DNA of 64,000 nucleotides from Candidatus Zixiibacteriota bacterium (GTDB lineage Bacteria; Zixibacteria; MSB-5A5; GN15; JAAZOE01): assembly GCA_043819555.1 (NCBI GenBank), contig JBDREQ010000073.1, positions 96,001 to 160,000 on the forward strand. The letters run 5' to 3'. The number at the start of each line of letters is the position of its first letter. The first letter of the stretch is position 1. A program made the translations under genes and the position numbers. The notes under the pieces were generated by a model that was given only the letters and a program-made list of their open reading frames with translations, made no database searches and was not told the DNA's origin. Positions 11,101 through 20,102 of this stretch are shown one piece after another.

Positions 11101-11942
11101 TACCGGTGAGCGTCGATTTTGACGGTGATGGACGCAAGGAAGTGATCATTGCTTATTATAATTGGGATTTTGCCCATGTCTATGCCTTTAATCATGACGG
11201 ATCACCCTGCATAGAGAATCCATCATATCTGCCTCGAGGGTTACTGCTGACGGTCCAGAATACACTGGGTCACATAATAATTGCCGATATTGACGGCGAC
11301 GGAACTCAAAATATAGTCAGTCGAGGCGGGTATTTATTCCCCTTTGCGACGAGTTATGAGAAAATTATGGTCTGGGAACCAAACGGCGCCCCGACTCCCG
11401 GATTTCCCATTATAACCCCTACACCGGCAAACAGCGTATATTCAACACCCAATACCCCTGTAATAGATGATTTGGATGGAGATGGTATGACGGAGATTAT
11501 TTTATGCGGCGATGCCAACGAGCTTTTTGTCTGGAACCTGGGAACTCCTTATATAAGCGAAAATATGCTCTGGCCAAAGTATTTGGGCGACGATAAAAAT
11601 ACCGGCGTCAATCCTCGTCGGGGAACGCCTACTGATGCGAACGATATAAACACTCCAGTACCGGATATTTTTGGAATCACCGGTAACTATCCTAACCCGT
11701 TTAATCCCGAAACCACCGTTCAATTCACGCTGGATCGAGGCGGAAATATTAAACTTGATATCTATAATATTCTAGGCCAACATATAAACCGATTGATAGA
11801 GGGACATTATCCGGCCGGATTGCATCAGATTATTTGGGGCGGAATTGACAAAACGGGAAAGCTTGTAGCGTCCGGTATTTACCTTGTGCGACTCAGCGAT
11901 GATCATAGAATTTCAACGTATAAAATGATTTTGACGAAATGA
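8199..11942 (+). CDS. Secreted S8 subtilisin-like serine peptidase with FG-GAP-like repeats and FlgD-Ig/T9SS-type C-terminal domain
   Basis: Catalytic ILDTG, GHGTH and GTSMS; oxyanion ASAGN; seven DxDxDG-type repeats; C-terminal NYPNPFNP...VASGIY. Confidence 0.92.
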   Translation: MPIKKTVVCGWPIFLILFVFLNASIVANDSGISYQPGKALILADHGFIPTLNVLFTSVSAADAGIYQGWKLHSLADDYSAKYFGKKAAGETFLADIYILEFPDTIDVIEIISNINKMSGIRMVEPDYKMELFDWPSNSLFEHQWYFHNNGQEYYGIIRHEGKNNDTLYMATGLTGEDIKMSTVYDNAPADAVEVIVAILDTGVDYGHPDLLGKIYFNQGDMPGNDIDDDHNGLVDDYVGWDFSGNSMSVFGIIGDNDPSDNVGHGTHIAGLIAANWDQSGIAGFPGNIKILPVKIFPRAFQSVTVPAIIYAVEMGARVINMSWGSPFEMGILHEAIKYAHSRGCIMAASAGNFGNSSLVVPAVFEETFTVGGTNSQGFVTDFSSYGPSLDIVAPGRDILSLRARNTDLYEDEEPGLRIIAENYILADGTSMSAPLVAGAAAMLWSFNPSIDAATIEQTLKETADDILDPFNKGDNLPGYDTLSGWGRLNVGAAFQALNGVTAYISNPRNTEIIQGEITIGISVTGDYSGFAKLYVGEGKNPEEWILLKETPSAINDPQYFIWDSDGLAGYYTFKLVTQAGSHRVTCRLINAGGAQLISPVNGEEYNYLISIQGSAFGQGFDSVVTSYRSAEGNEFNRIFSSPQMYFDDYLTDWSIFSLETGVYIFKLESFCGAQIYSDSAEINIVNTMRSGFPKAHPGFLAFSPGTSDIDGDGKKEIVVGTDHGVYAYNDDGSILPGFPVYTNKDMRAIPSFDDVDGDGLLDIIISGKDILACFNHMGQPISGWPRQASTGMTYYTYPVVTATELFDYSDSVTLYMSPYGEVRAYNFDGTSYFYSLDGLFTALDPNIFDTLANTGLSAPFVTATDLENDNSIDVVAVYGTTVDESGVYIWNGRNGLALPGWNSPQARNIRLTGGGVLADLDENGTLEIIVAGEDSNGSNGIWALQNGKEDLPGWPVFLPAIDNWISTVPVSVDFDGDGRKEVIIAYYNWDFAHVYAFNHDGSPCIENPSYLPRGLLLTVQNTLGHIIIADIDGDGTQNIVSRGGYLFPFATSYEKIMVWEPNGAPTPGFPIITPTPANSVYSTPNTPVIDDLDGDGMTEIILCGDANELFVWNLGTPYISENMLWPKYLGDDKNTGVNPRRGTPTDANDINTPVPDIFGITGNYPNPFNPETTVQFTLDRGGNIKLDIYNILGQHINRLIEGHYPAGLHQIIWGGIDKTGKLVASGIYLVRLSDDHRISTYKMILTK

Positions 11943-14107
11943 TAAGATTGATTCCTGTCATATTGATTGTATTGACATCATTGGTAATGGCCGATGATTT
12001 TATATATCATGGTTCTTTTTTATGGAATGGTATTCAGGATGTCAAGGCGAATGACAAATATCTATATTGCGCTTTTCAAAATGGTATCGGCATAATAAAT
12101 CTTGATTATGATTATTCAAAAAAATACCTGTTTTCGGCCGTCGAAATTCCTGGAATTCCGTTCAAGATAAAAGCCTTTGATGAATTGCTGATCGCGGAGA
12201 CGGAAACAGGGGAAGTCTATCTGATAGATATAACAAATCCCGCGGACCCGGAAATAATGGGATCATTTCTGCCGGAATGGGAAATTTGGGATTGGGAATA
12301 TAATGGGAATTACTTATATGCGGCCATTGAATATGACGGCATAGCCCGGTATGACATTTCCGATCCGGATAACGTCCGGTTTGATGATAGCAGCATGACC
12401 GGAATAAGAGTAATTGACCTCGAAGTTGCATCATCGCGCCTATTCGCGCTGGACGATTATAATGGAATATTGATATATGAGCCTGATTCTGATGGAATGG
12501 GTGAGGCTGTCTCTCAATTACTGCTTCCGGAACAGGCGATTTCTTTTTCAATTTACGGCGATACGGTTTATGCCGGAATTCGTCCGACCGGATATATGGT
12601 CGGATCGATCGGCAATATTACCAATCCCGTTTACCTTGAAACAAGGGAATCATTTATTCGCGGCGATAATATCTCCATAACGGATTTCGGAACCGTTATC
12701 TCTAATGGTGTAGTGGGTTTCGAATTAATTTATGGCGAAGGAGATGCGCGAATAGACCAAATATTTCCCGTCGAAAAAAAGCTTGGCCTTGGTGAAGTAT
12801 TTTCATATAAAGGGCATAATTACATAACCTACGCTCATTTGGATAAAGGATTTGTCACTTACATAATTGACGATCCGCAAACGCTTGATATTTTATACCC
12901 GAATATGGTCTATGCCTCTCCGGGACCGATAAAGCAATTGGAATTCCACAATTCAAGGCTGCATACCATCGGGCCAAACAACCGTTATGAAATCTATGAT
13001 ATCTCAAATCCGGATTATCCCGTTCGATCCGGACGTCTGATAAATCCCCCTTATCGCCCAGCGGGAATGTTCTCAAAGGGAGATACAATATTTGTCGGAG
13101 ATCATTTGACGGGAACCATATTCCCGGCGTTGGATTATGGCGTTGGTGACCCAGACTTAGTACAGCCCTTTTTCTCATTATCAATTTCAATGGGGCGACC
13201 TCGGATTATCAAGGATTATTTTTTCAACGGTGATCTGGTATACACTCATTATTTACGATATTTGAAAGGAATCCGACGAGATATTAATGGGATAACACCA
13301 AATGTTATCAATTGGGAGTTTGAAACGACAACTACTGCCGTATGTTTTAGGGATAATTTATTGTATCGCGGAACATCAGATGATAAACTTGAAGTATATG
13401 TGATTGATAATGATTTTGGCATACAGTTGGCCGATGTCACCGAGATTTTTGGCCAGGTCAATGATATTATTGCTGATGATACAATGCTATATATGGCTTC
13501 GTCGAATGGTTTTTATGTCACAGTAACGAATGAACCCGGTCATCCATATATCCCGCATCCATTCATGTTTCACTCGATTAATAATTCATATGAATTGGAA
13601 ATGAATAATGGCTTTGTTTATGTGGCCGGCGACTCAGGAATATTCGTTTATAATATGTCTAATCCTTTTCCGGACAATCTCCAATTTTCAGGAGGAAAGC
13701 CGGCTTCCCAATTGACCGTCCAGGGAAATTTCATTGCAGCATCAGACGGCAAAGCTGTTTATATTTATTCAATTCCGGTGACAGCCATTGAAGAGAATTT
13801 GCCCCATAATATAGTTCTCGAAAAGCCTTCGATTATCGGTTATCCAAATCCATTTAATCCTTCAATCACGCTTGTATTAAGGAATTTTCGGCTGACTGAT
13901 GAGAATATAGCAGTTAATGTTTATGATATTTTGGGGAGGAAATTGCGGTCACTCGCGGTTTCTGCCCGTCCTACTTTGATTGATAATATTGAAATTTATT
14001 GGGATGGGAAAGACGATGATGGCCAAAACGCTTCATCCGGTATCTACTTATTTAAAGCTCAAACCAGAAACGAATCAGCGGTTTTCCAAGGGATTCTTAT
14101 TAAATAA
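11939..14107 (+). CDS. Secreted LVIVD-repeat beta-propeller protein with FlgD-Ig/T9SS-type C-terminal domain
   Basis: Repeated YLIDITNPADP / YDISDPDN / YDISNPDYP; C-terminal GYPNPFNP...SSGIY; ATGA overlap with the S8 gene. Confidence 0.75.
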   Translation: MIRLIPVILIVLTSLVMADDFIYHGSFLWNGIQDVKANDKYLYCAFQNGIGIINLDYDYSKKYLFSAVEIPGIPFKIKAFDELLIAETETGEVYLIDITNPADPEIMGSFLPEWEIWDWEYNGNYLYAAIEYDGIARYDISDPDNVRFDDSSMTGIRVIDLEVASSRLFALDDYNGILIYEPDSDGMGEAVSQLLLPEQAISFSIYGDTVYAGIRPTGYMVGSIGNITNPVYLETRESFIRGDNISITDFGTVISNGVVGFELIYGEGDARIDQIFPVEKKLGLGEVFSYKGHNYITYAHLDKGFVTYIIDDPQTLDILYPNMVYASPGPIKQLEFHNSRLHTIGPNNRYEIYDISNPDYPVRSGRLINPPYRPAGMFSKGDTIFVGDHLTGTIFPALDYGVGDPDLVQPFFSLSISMGRPRIIKDYFFNGDLVYTHYLRYLKGIRRDINGITPNVINWEFETTTTAVCFRDNLLYRGTSDDKLEVYVIDNDFGIQLADVTEIFGQVNDIIADDTMLYMASSNGFYVTVTNEPGHPYIPHPFMFHSINNSYELEMNNGFVYVAGDSGIFVYNMSNPFPDNLQFSGGKPASQLTVQGNFIAASDGKAVYIYSIPVTAIEENLPHNIVLEKPSIIGYPNPFNPSITLVLRNFRLTDENIAVNVYDILGRKLRSLAVSARPTLIDNIEIYWDGKDDDGQNASSGIYLFKAQTRNESAVFQGILIK

Positions 14108-14218
14108 TAGACTATTTGGGTGTCGGATTGTATCAATAGGAAACGACAAAATTATCAAAATCCTTGACAATTGCGGAATAATTTTTAATTATTCACAAAA
14201 GAATTAGGGAGGATAGCC

Positions 14219-14884
14219 ATGAAAAAATCTCTTCGTATAGCTTTATTTGTATTTTTCTCGATTTTACTTGCTGGTGGAACGGTCATTGCCGGAAAGATCG
14301 GTGAAATTAAGGATAAGGTTTTTACCGATAATGACCACGGAATTTCCTTTAATGTTCCTGAAGGGTATTCTGTAAAAATGGCATCAAAATCAACAAACCC
14401 AGTGCGTTTGACTCTTATGGATAAAAACCCAGTATATTCTCGCGATTTTATGGGTGGCAATGAAGATTACGCTCAAATTCCAACTTTTACGCTTATTGTG
14501 GATACATGCAGTTCAACGGTTGATGAGTTTATAGAGAATTTGCTCGATAATAAATCCAAATCCAAGCAGAAAAAGTTCTTCCTAAAGCATATGAAGATAA
14601 TCGCCAAGCATCATGAAATATTAAGGAGCGGCAATATTACCATTCAAGATTCCAAGGTGACTCTTTTGGAAGCCCGGCAGCCTTATGAATTGCAGATTTC
14701 TAATCGCGGTACGGATCGTGCCAATGCAATAAATGGCAATTTAAGCGGCTGGATGTTTTTTACGGTCCGTGACGGGAAAATATATGTGATGCATCTGATT
14801 AGCGAGTACTTATCAAGTGCGAATTACGCTCCTATTTGGGATGCGATTATTGGCAGCGTTAAATTTGCAGAGACCAAAGAATAA
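14219..14884 (+). CDS. Secreted hypothetical protein, PsbP/Mog1-like fold suspected
   Basis: Signal peptide, FTDNDHGISFNVPEGY near the start, WDAIIGSVKF at the end; strong GGAGG RBS. Confidence 0.55.
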   Translation: MKKSLRIALFVFFSILLAGGTVIAGKIGEIKDKVFTDNDHGISFNVPEGYSVKMASKSTNPVRLTLMDKNPVYSRDFMGGNEDYAQIPTFTLIVDTCSSTVDEFIENLLDNKSKSKQKKFFLKHMKIIAKHHEILRSGNITIQDSKVTLLEARQPYELQISNRGTDRANAINGNLSGWMFFTVRDGKIYVMHLISEYLSSANYAPIWDAIIGSVKFAETKE

Positions 14885-14906
14885 TTCTGTGGAATTTACT
14901 ATTTAT

Positions 14907-14942
14907 GACCCATTTTGGCATGGCTGAAATGGGTTGTTTTTT
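14907..14942 (+). terminator. Intrinsic terminator
   Basis: ACCCATTT...AAATGGGT stem followed by TGTTTTTT. Confidence 0.6.
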
Positions 14943-14943
14943 A

Positions 14944-14972
14944 TTGACCGATAAAAAGTTATCTGTTATATA
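14944..14972 (+). promoter_or_regulatory. sigma70-type promoter of the lapA-miaA run
   Basis: TTGACC-N17-TATATA with an extended TG motif. Confidence 0.5.
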
Positions 14973-15007
14973 GCTTCTTGTAGTATTATCTGTATCAAGG
15001 AGGATAT

Positions 15008-15340
15008 ATGTGGGCTTTTTGGACTGTATTAATAGTCATTCTTATCGTTATTTTAGTCGGTTTTGCGGTATTCAACGCTCAGGAAATGGTGACAGTCGAC
15101 TTATTTTTGTCCAAATATATCAATGTTCCTATGATCGTGGTTGCTTATATGGCATTTACATTTGGGGCCTTGATTTCCTTCTTGCTTTTCGTTTCGATTT
15201 ATTTCAGGCAATTATCGGATATCAGGAAATACAAGAGGCGTGCCGATTCACTGATATCCGAGATTTCCGCCCTGCGCAATCGCCCGATTGAAGAAGCATC
15301 GGAAGGTTTTTTACTTTCAGAAAAGGATGAAAACAAATGA
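15008..15340 (+). CDS. lapA: LapA-family lipopolysaccharide assembly protein A
   Basis: Two TM helices with FAVFNAQEMVTVDL and a coiled tail ending LRNRP; directly upstream of a LapB-like gene. Confidence 0.8.
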   Translation: MWAFWTVLIVILIVILVGFAVFNAQEMVTVDLFLSKYINVPMIVVAYMAFTFGALISFLLFVSIYFRQLSDIRKYKRRADSLISEISALRNRPIEEASEGFLLSEKDENK

Positions 15341-16479
15341 CCCAGGCAATCTATCTTTTTCTGTTAGCCATTGTTGTTGCGGCAGCCATCGCAGTTTATT
15401 GGTTCCGTCGCGGGCAAGAAGAGACCTTTACGCCTGATCCGGGCGCATATATTGAAGGACTGAAGGCTTTATTACGCGGGCAGGATGAACAGGCTTTCGC
15501 GATACTCAAGGAAACGGTCTTGAATGATACCGGCAATATCCACGCTTATATTCATCTGGGCAACATATTCCGACGCCTGAAAAAATATGATCAAGCCCTG
15601 AAAGTACATCGAGATTTAACGCATCGAGGAAATTTGGCGGAATCGGAAAAACACGAAATTCTTATGGCTTTATATAATGACTATTACGCTCTTGGAGATG
15701 AACAGACCGCGATAAAAGCCATAAGAGAATTATTGCATCTTATGCCAAACAATAGTAACGCTCTGAAACTGTTATTAAAATGGCAGGAGAAGAATTGTGA
15801 ATGGAAGGAAGCTGCCCTGACCCGAAAACAAATTGATAAACTTGAAAAAGTTGATTCAAGCGCGTTGCTGGCATTGTATAAAGTATTTGAGGGGGATGAA
15901 TTAAATGAAAAAGGCGATATGCACCGGGCGCGTCTGTTTTATAAAGAAGCTTTGAATATCGATAAAAAATGCCTGGTTGCGTATGTCGCTATCGGCGAAA
16001 GTTACTATGGTGAGCAACGCCTTGACGATGCCTTGGAATACTGGACAAAGATAGTCGCACTCAGTCCGCGCGAAAGCCAGGTTGTATTTGAGCGGTTGAA
16101 AAAAGCTTATTTTGAGGTCGGACATTATGGGGAATACGCCGATACTTTATCAAAACTTCTGCAGGCTTTTCCCGAACATTTAACGGCTCGCCTGGAATTG
16201 GCTCATTTTCTTGAGAAAAAAGGTGAAACCAATACGGCGCGCGAACATTTTGTGGCGGCCCAGGATCATCACCCGGATTCTCTTATTGCCAAGCTCGGAT
16301 TGTACCGATTGAATCGTGAAACCGGCCGTAAAGAAGCAGCCGATAACGTTTTCAGACAGATTATGCAAATTGCGGTGAAACGAGAAGCCAAGTCATTCGT
16401 GTGTAAAGAATGCGGCTTAGTGGTTGATAATAAAATCTGGCTGTGCCCTCGCTGCAAAGCTGTCGATTCCTTTAACTAA
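15337..16479 (+). CDS. lapB: LapB-like TPR protein with C-terminal rubredoxin-like metal site
   Basis: N-terminal anchor, YIEGLKALL, LGNIFRR, ALKVH, TPRs and CKECG...WLCPRC. Confidence 0.85.
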   Translation: MTQAIYLFLLAIVVAAAIAVYWFRRGQEETFTPDPGAYIEGLKALLRGQDEQAFAILKETVLNDTGNIHAYIHLGNIFRRLKKYDQALKVHRDLTHRGNLAESEKHEILMALYNDYYALGDEQTAIKAIRELLHLMPNNSNALKLLLKWQEKNCEWKEAALTRKQIDKLEKVDSSALLALYKVFEGDELNEKGDMHRARLFYKEALNIDKKCLVAYVAIGESYYGEQRLDDALEYWTKIVALSPRESQVVFERLKKAYFEVGHYGEYADTLSKLLQAFPEHLTARLELAHFLEKKGETNTAREHFVAAQDHHPDSLIAKLGLYRLNRETGRKEAADNVFRQIMQIAVKREAKSFVCKECGLVVDNKIWLCPRCKAVDSFN

Positions 16480-16492
16480 ATACTACCGAGCT

Positions 16493-17500
16493 ATGAAATA
16501 TTTATTAATTACGATATTTATTTTTGGTTTGACGGCTTTCGGACTCGCTGATGATAAAATTGATGAGATCTATCAACTATTTTCGACAGGAAAAATATAT
16601 CGGGCCGAGTCTGAATTCTCTCAGTTGCCGCAGACTGCAATTAGAGAAGGGAATCGACTCTTTATGGCATCGCTTCTGGACCCGGATGGCAAATCAGCCC
16701 GGGATAAAATTGAAGCCGCCATCCGGTCTGACCTTGACGGAAAATATCAGGAAGAAGCTTATTTCAGGCTGATTCAGTTGGCCGCAGCAGATAACGATAC
16801 GTCTAAGGTAACATCATCAGGGAAGTCTTTTCTCGATATATGGGAAACAAGCGATTTTCGAGAACAGGTTCTGGCAATATTATCCGCCTTTGAAACACGA
16901 GATGCTAAAACTCGAAACAGATATCTAAATTTATTAGGCGATGAATTTCCAGGTTCTTATTTCGGTCAATATTCCCGACTTTATCAAGCAGAAAGCGCTT
17001 TTAAAGAAGGACATTATAAAACGGCGACAACATTTTGTCGAATGATAAATAACTCTCCAAATGACGATTTGACTGCCGCCAGTTTAATCCTGCTATCTAA
17101 GATAGGGCTAAAAAACGGCGACGCCGAGAGGGCATTATTTAATTATAATATTCTGCGAGAGCAATATCGTCATGCTATTGGGGAAGAAGAACTGCTTGAC
17201 GCCTTAAAAAACGTCTCGGACGCGAAATCAGGAAAAGAATCCACTGAGATATTTGAAGGGATTACTTACTCGGTCCAGGTTGGCGTCTTTGCGGATAAAG
17301 GCAACGCCAAAAACATGGAGCAGCGGGCGGAGGGTTACGGATATGATAGTCGAATCAATAGGCGAAGAATATCGGGTCGCGATTATTATGTGGTGTTGGC
17401 CGGCAAATTTGCCACCATGCAGGAGGCCATTGCAGCCAAACAAAAATTGGAAATGGGTGAAAACGAACCATTTAAGGTAATTACTAACGATGAAAAATAG
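16493..17500 (+). CDS. Periplasmic TPR-like protein with C-terminal SPOR domain
   Basis: Signal peptide from ATG 16493; YSVQVGVFADKGNA...YYVVLAGKF SPOR signature. Confidence 0.8.
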   Translation: MKYLLITIFIFGLTAFGLADDKIDEIYQLFSTGKIYRAESEFSQLPQTAIREGNRLFMASLLDPDGKSARDKIEAAIRSDLDGKYQEEAYFRLIQLAAADNDTSKVTSSGKSFLDIWETSDFREQVLAILSAFETRDAKTRNRYLNLLGDEFPGSYFGQYSRLYQAESAFKEGHYKTATTFCRMINNSPNDDLTAASLILLSKIGLKNGDAERALFNYNILREQYRHAIGEEELLDALKNVSDAKSGKESTEIFEGITYSVQVGVFADKGNAKNMEQRAEGYGYDSRINRRRISGRDYYVVLAGKFATMQEAIAAKQKLEMGENEPFKVITNDEK

Positions 17501-20102
17501 CGGTCTGACGCCGATGATGCGGCAATACTACCGCTTCAAAGACAAATACCCCGACAAAATATTGTTTTTTCGCATGGGCGACTTCTATGAGATGTTTGGT
17601 GATGATGCTGTCGAAGCGGCGCCAATCCTCGGCATTGCACTAACATCGCGTTCCGGAAATGCACAAAACCCGATTCCGCTGTGCGGTATTCCTCATCATG
17701 CCCTGGATAAATATCTGCCCCGCCTGATTGAGGCTGGCAGGAAGGTCGTGATTTGCGAGCAAGTCGAAGATCCAAAGAAGGCAAAAGGAATAGTCAGGCG
17801 GGATGTGGTTGAAATCATCACGCCCGGGACATCGACAATAGAATCCTCACTTGCGCCCTCGCATGATTCGTACCTTGCCGCCTTATATGGGGATGACAAT
17901 AAAATGGCCCTGGCCCGGCTGGAAATATCCACCGGAGAATTTTCGGTTATTGAAGACGACTCGGATATTATATATGATCGCCTGGCCATGGCTCCCCCAA
18001 AAGAATTGTTAATGCCCGAAGATAAGCCTTCTGATTTATTTGGACGAATGATTAAAAATGGTTTAGCCAGAAATATCACACGGCTCGAGAATATATATTT
18101 TGATTATCGCCTGAGCAAAGAGATGTTGTGCCGATTTTTTTCTGTTAACACTCTTGATGGATTCGGTCTTAGAGATATGAAGCGGAGTGTGTCCGCCGCG
18201 GGTGCGATTTTTAGATATTTAAAGGATAACAAACAGGATAAATTAAAACACATCACGCGGATTAAAATCGGATTGGCCGATAAACGGATGTTCCTGGATG
18301 CCGCCACTATCAGGAACCTGGAGCTTTTTACAAATCTGGCAACCGGCGACGAAATGCATTCTTTTTTCTGGGCCATCAACCGTACCGGTTCATCTTTTGG
18401 AACGCGGCGCCTGCGCCGCTCTGTCGCGGCACCGTTTATTGAGAAGGATAAAATACTCTATCGCCAGAGTGGGGTGGCGGAGTTATATAAGGATAGCCTG
18501 AAATCCGAAAGTTTATCACTGCTATTTAAGAAAATTCCGGATTTGGAAAGACTTAATGGACGATTGGGATTAGGCAAGGCTGGCCCGAGAACAATGCTTG
18601 CCATACAGGATGCCATTTTGATAGCCGAAGAAATAAAGGGTCATCTGTCAGAATCATCATCTATAATGCTGAAAGCGATTTACTCTTCTTTGCCTATGGT
18701 GACGGCAATAGAGGGAAAAATTGGTACAGCCATTAGAAAAGATGCTTCACCGACGCCACACAATGGCGGAGTAATTCGTGAAGGTTATTCAAAGGAATTG
18801 GATGACCTGAATCTATCAATCAAAGACGCCCGTGAATATATTGCCGGACTGGCCGCATCGGAAAGAAAACGCACGGGAATACCTTCTCTAAAAGTCGGCT
18901 TCAATAAAGTGTTTGGTTATTATATAGAGATAACTCGGATTCACTCTGATAAGGCGCCCGATAATTATATTCGTAAGCAGACGCTGGTAAACGCCGAACG
19001 TTACATTACTGAGGAAATGAAGGTCAAAGAGAATTTGATCCTTGACGCTGAAGATAAAATCAATCGTCTCGAGCATCAGTTATTCGAACAATTAGCGGAA
19101 GATATTTCTCAGTCCCTCCCTGAATTAATTTCTCTTGCAGATTTATTGGCTGAAATAGACGTCGTCAATTCTCTTGCTGTCTTGGCGAGAGAGCAAAAAT
19201 ACGTTAGTCCAGTAATCATAGATGACTGTGTCCTTAAGCTATCTCAAGGATTTCATCCTGTCCTGTCTCAGATTCTGGGCGCGGGTCATTTCGTGGCCAA
19301 TGATACTAATTTGAATGATATAGATACATCTCTTGTAGTTTTAACCGGACCAAATATGTCGGGCAAATCGACCTGGCTGCGCCAGACCGGTCTAATTGTG
19401 ATCCTTGCGCAAATCGGCTCTTTTGTTCCTGCCGAGGAGGCGACTATTGGGATTGTTGATCGTGTTTTTACCAGAGTGGGCGCGACCGACAGCCTGACCC
19501 GCGGGCAATCGACATTTCTGGTCGAGATGGTTGAAACAGCCAATATACTGCATAACACCACTGATAAATCGTTATTGTTATTGGATGAAATCGGACGAGG
19601 TACTTCGACCTTTGATGGATTATCGGTAGCCTGGGCGGTTGCCGAAACCATTCATCAGCATCCGTCCGGAACTCCCCGGACGTTATTTGCCACTCATTAT
19701 CATGAAATGACCGGGTTGGCTTCGATTTATCCGCGCATAAAAAATTATCAGGTTACCGTAAAGAAATGGGGTAAGGAAGTTATTTTTCTGCATCAGGTAA
19801 TTCCCGGCGGATGTGATGATTCGTATGGAATTGAAGTTGCAAGGCTGGCCGGATTGCCCAAAAATACAATTTCACGGGCGCGAGAGATTCTTAAACTTCT
19901 CGAATCAGGGAAATTCGCCAAATCAGAGTTAGCGCGGGGATTACATGCCCGGTTGAATCAGCCGACATTATTTGACGAGTCTATAACTTTGGGAGAATCG
20001 TTAATTGTTGAAAAGATTAAGGAACTTGACGTAAATAATTTAACCCCGCTTAAGGCGCTGGAGTTTTTGTCGCAAATCAAAAAAGATATTGATAATGAAT
20101 GA
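17490..20102 (+). CDS. mutS: DNA mismatch repair protein MutS
   Basis: TPMMRQY, FFRMGDFYEMF, TGPNMSGKST, DEIGRGTST, FATHYHE and the clamp motif QPTLF. Confidence 0.98.
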   Translation: MKNSGLTPMMRQYYRFKDKYPDKILFFRMGDFYEMFGDDAVEAAPILGIALTSRSGNAQNPIPLCGIPHHALDKYLPRLIEAGRKVVICEQVEDPKKAKGIVRRDVVEIITPGTSTIESSLAPSHDSYLAALYGDDNKMALARLEISTGEFSVIEDDSDIIYDRLAMAPPKELLMPEDKPSDLFGRMIKNGLARNITRLENIYFDYRLSKEMLCRFFSVNTLDGFGLRDMKRSVSAAGAIFRYLKDNKQDKLKHITRIKIGLADKRMFLDAATIRNLELFTNLATGDEMHSFFWAINRTGSSFGTRRLRRSVAAPFIEKDKILYRQSGVAELYKDSLKSESLSLLFKKIPDLERLNGRLGLGKAGPRTMLAIQDAILIAEEIKGHLSESSSIMLKAIYSSLPMVTAIEGKIGTAIRKDASPTPHNGGVIREGYSKELDDLNLSIKDAREYIAGLAASERKRTGIPSLKVGFNKVFGYYIEITRIHSDKAPDNYIRKQTLVNAERYITEEMKVKENLILDAEDKINRLEHQLFEQLAEDISQSLPELISLADLLAEIDVVNSLAVLAREQKYVSPVIIDDCVLKLSQGFHPVLSQILGAGHFVANDTNLNDIDTSLVVLTGPNMSGKSTWLRQTGLIVILAQIGSFVPAEEATIGIVDRVFTRVGATDSLTRGQSTFLVEMVETANILHNTTDKSLLLLDEIGRGTSTFDGLSVAWAVAETIHQHPSGTPRTLFATHYHEMTGLASIYPRIKNYQVTVKKWGKEVIFLHQVIPGGCDDSYGIEVARLAGLPKNTISRAREILKLLESGKFAKSELARGLHARLNQPTLFDESITLGESLIVEKIKELDVNNLTPLKALEFLSQIKKDIDNE

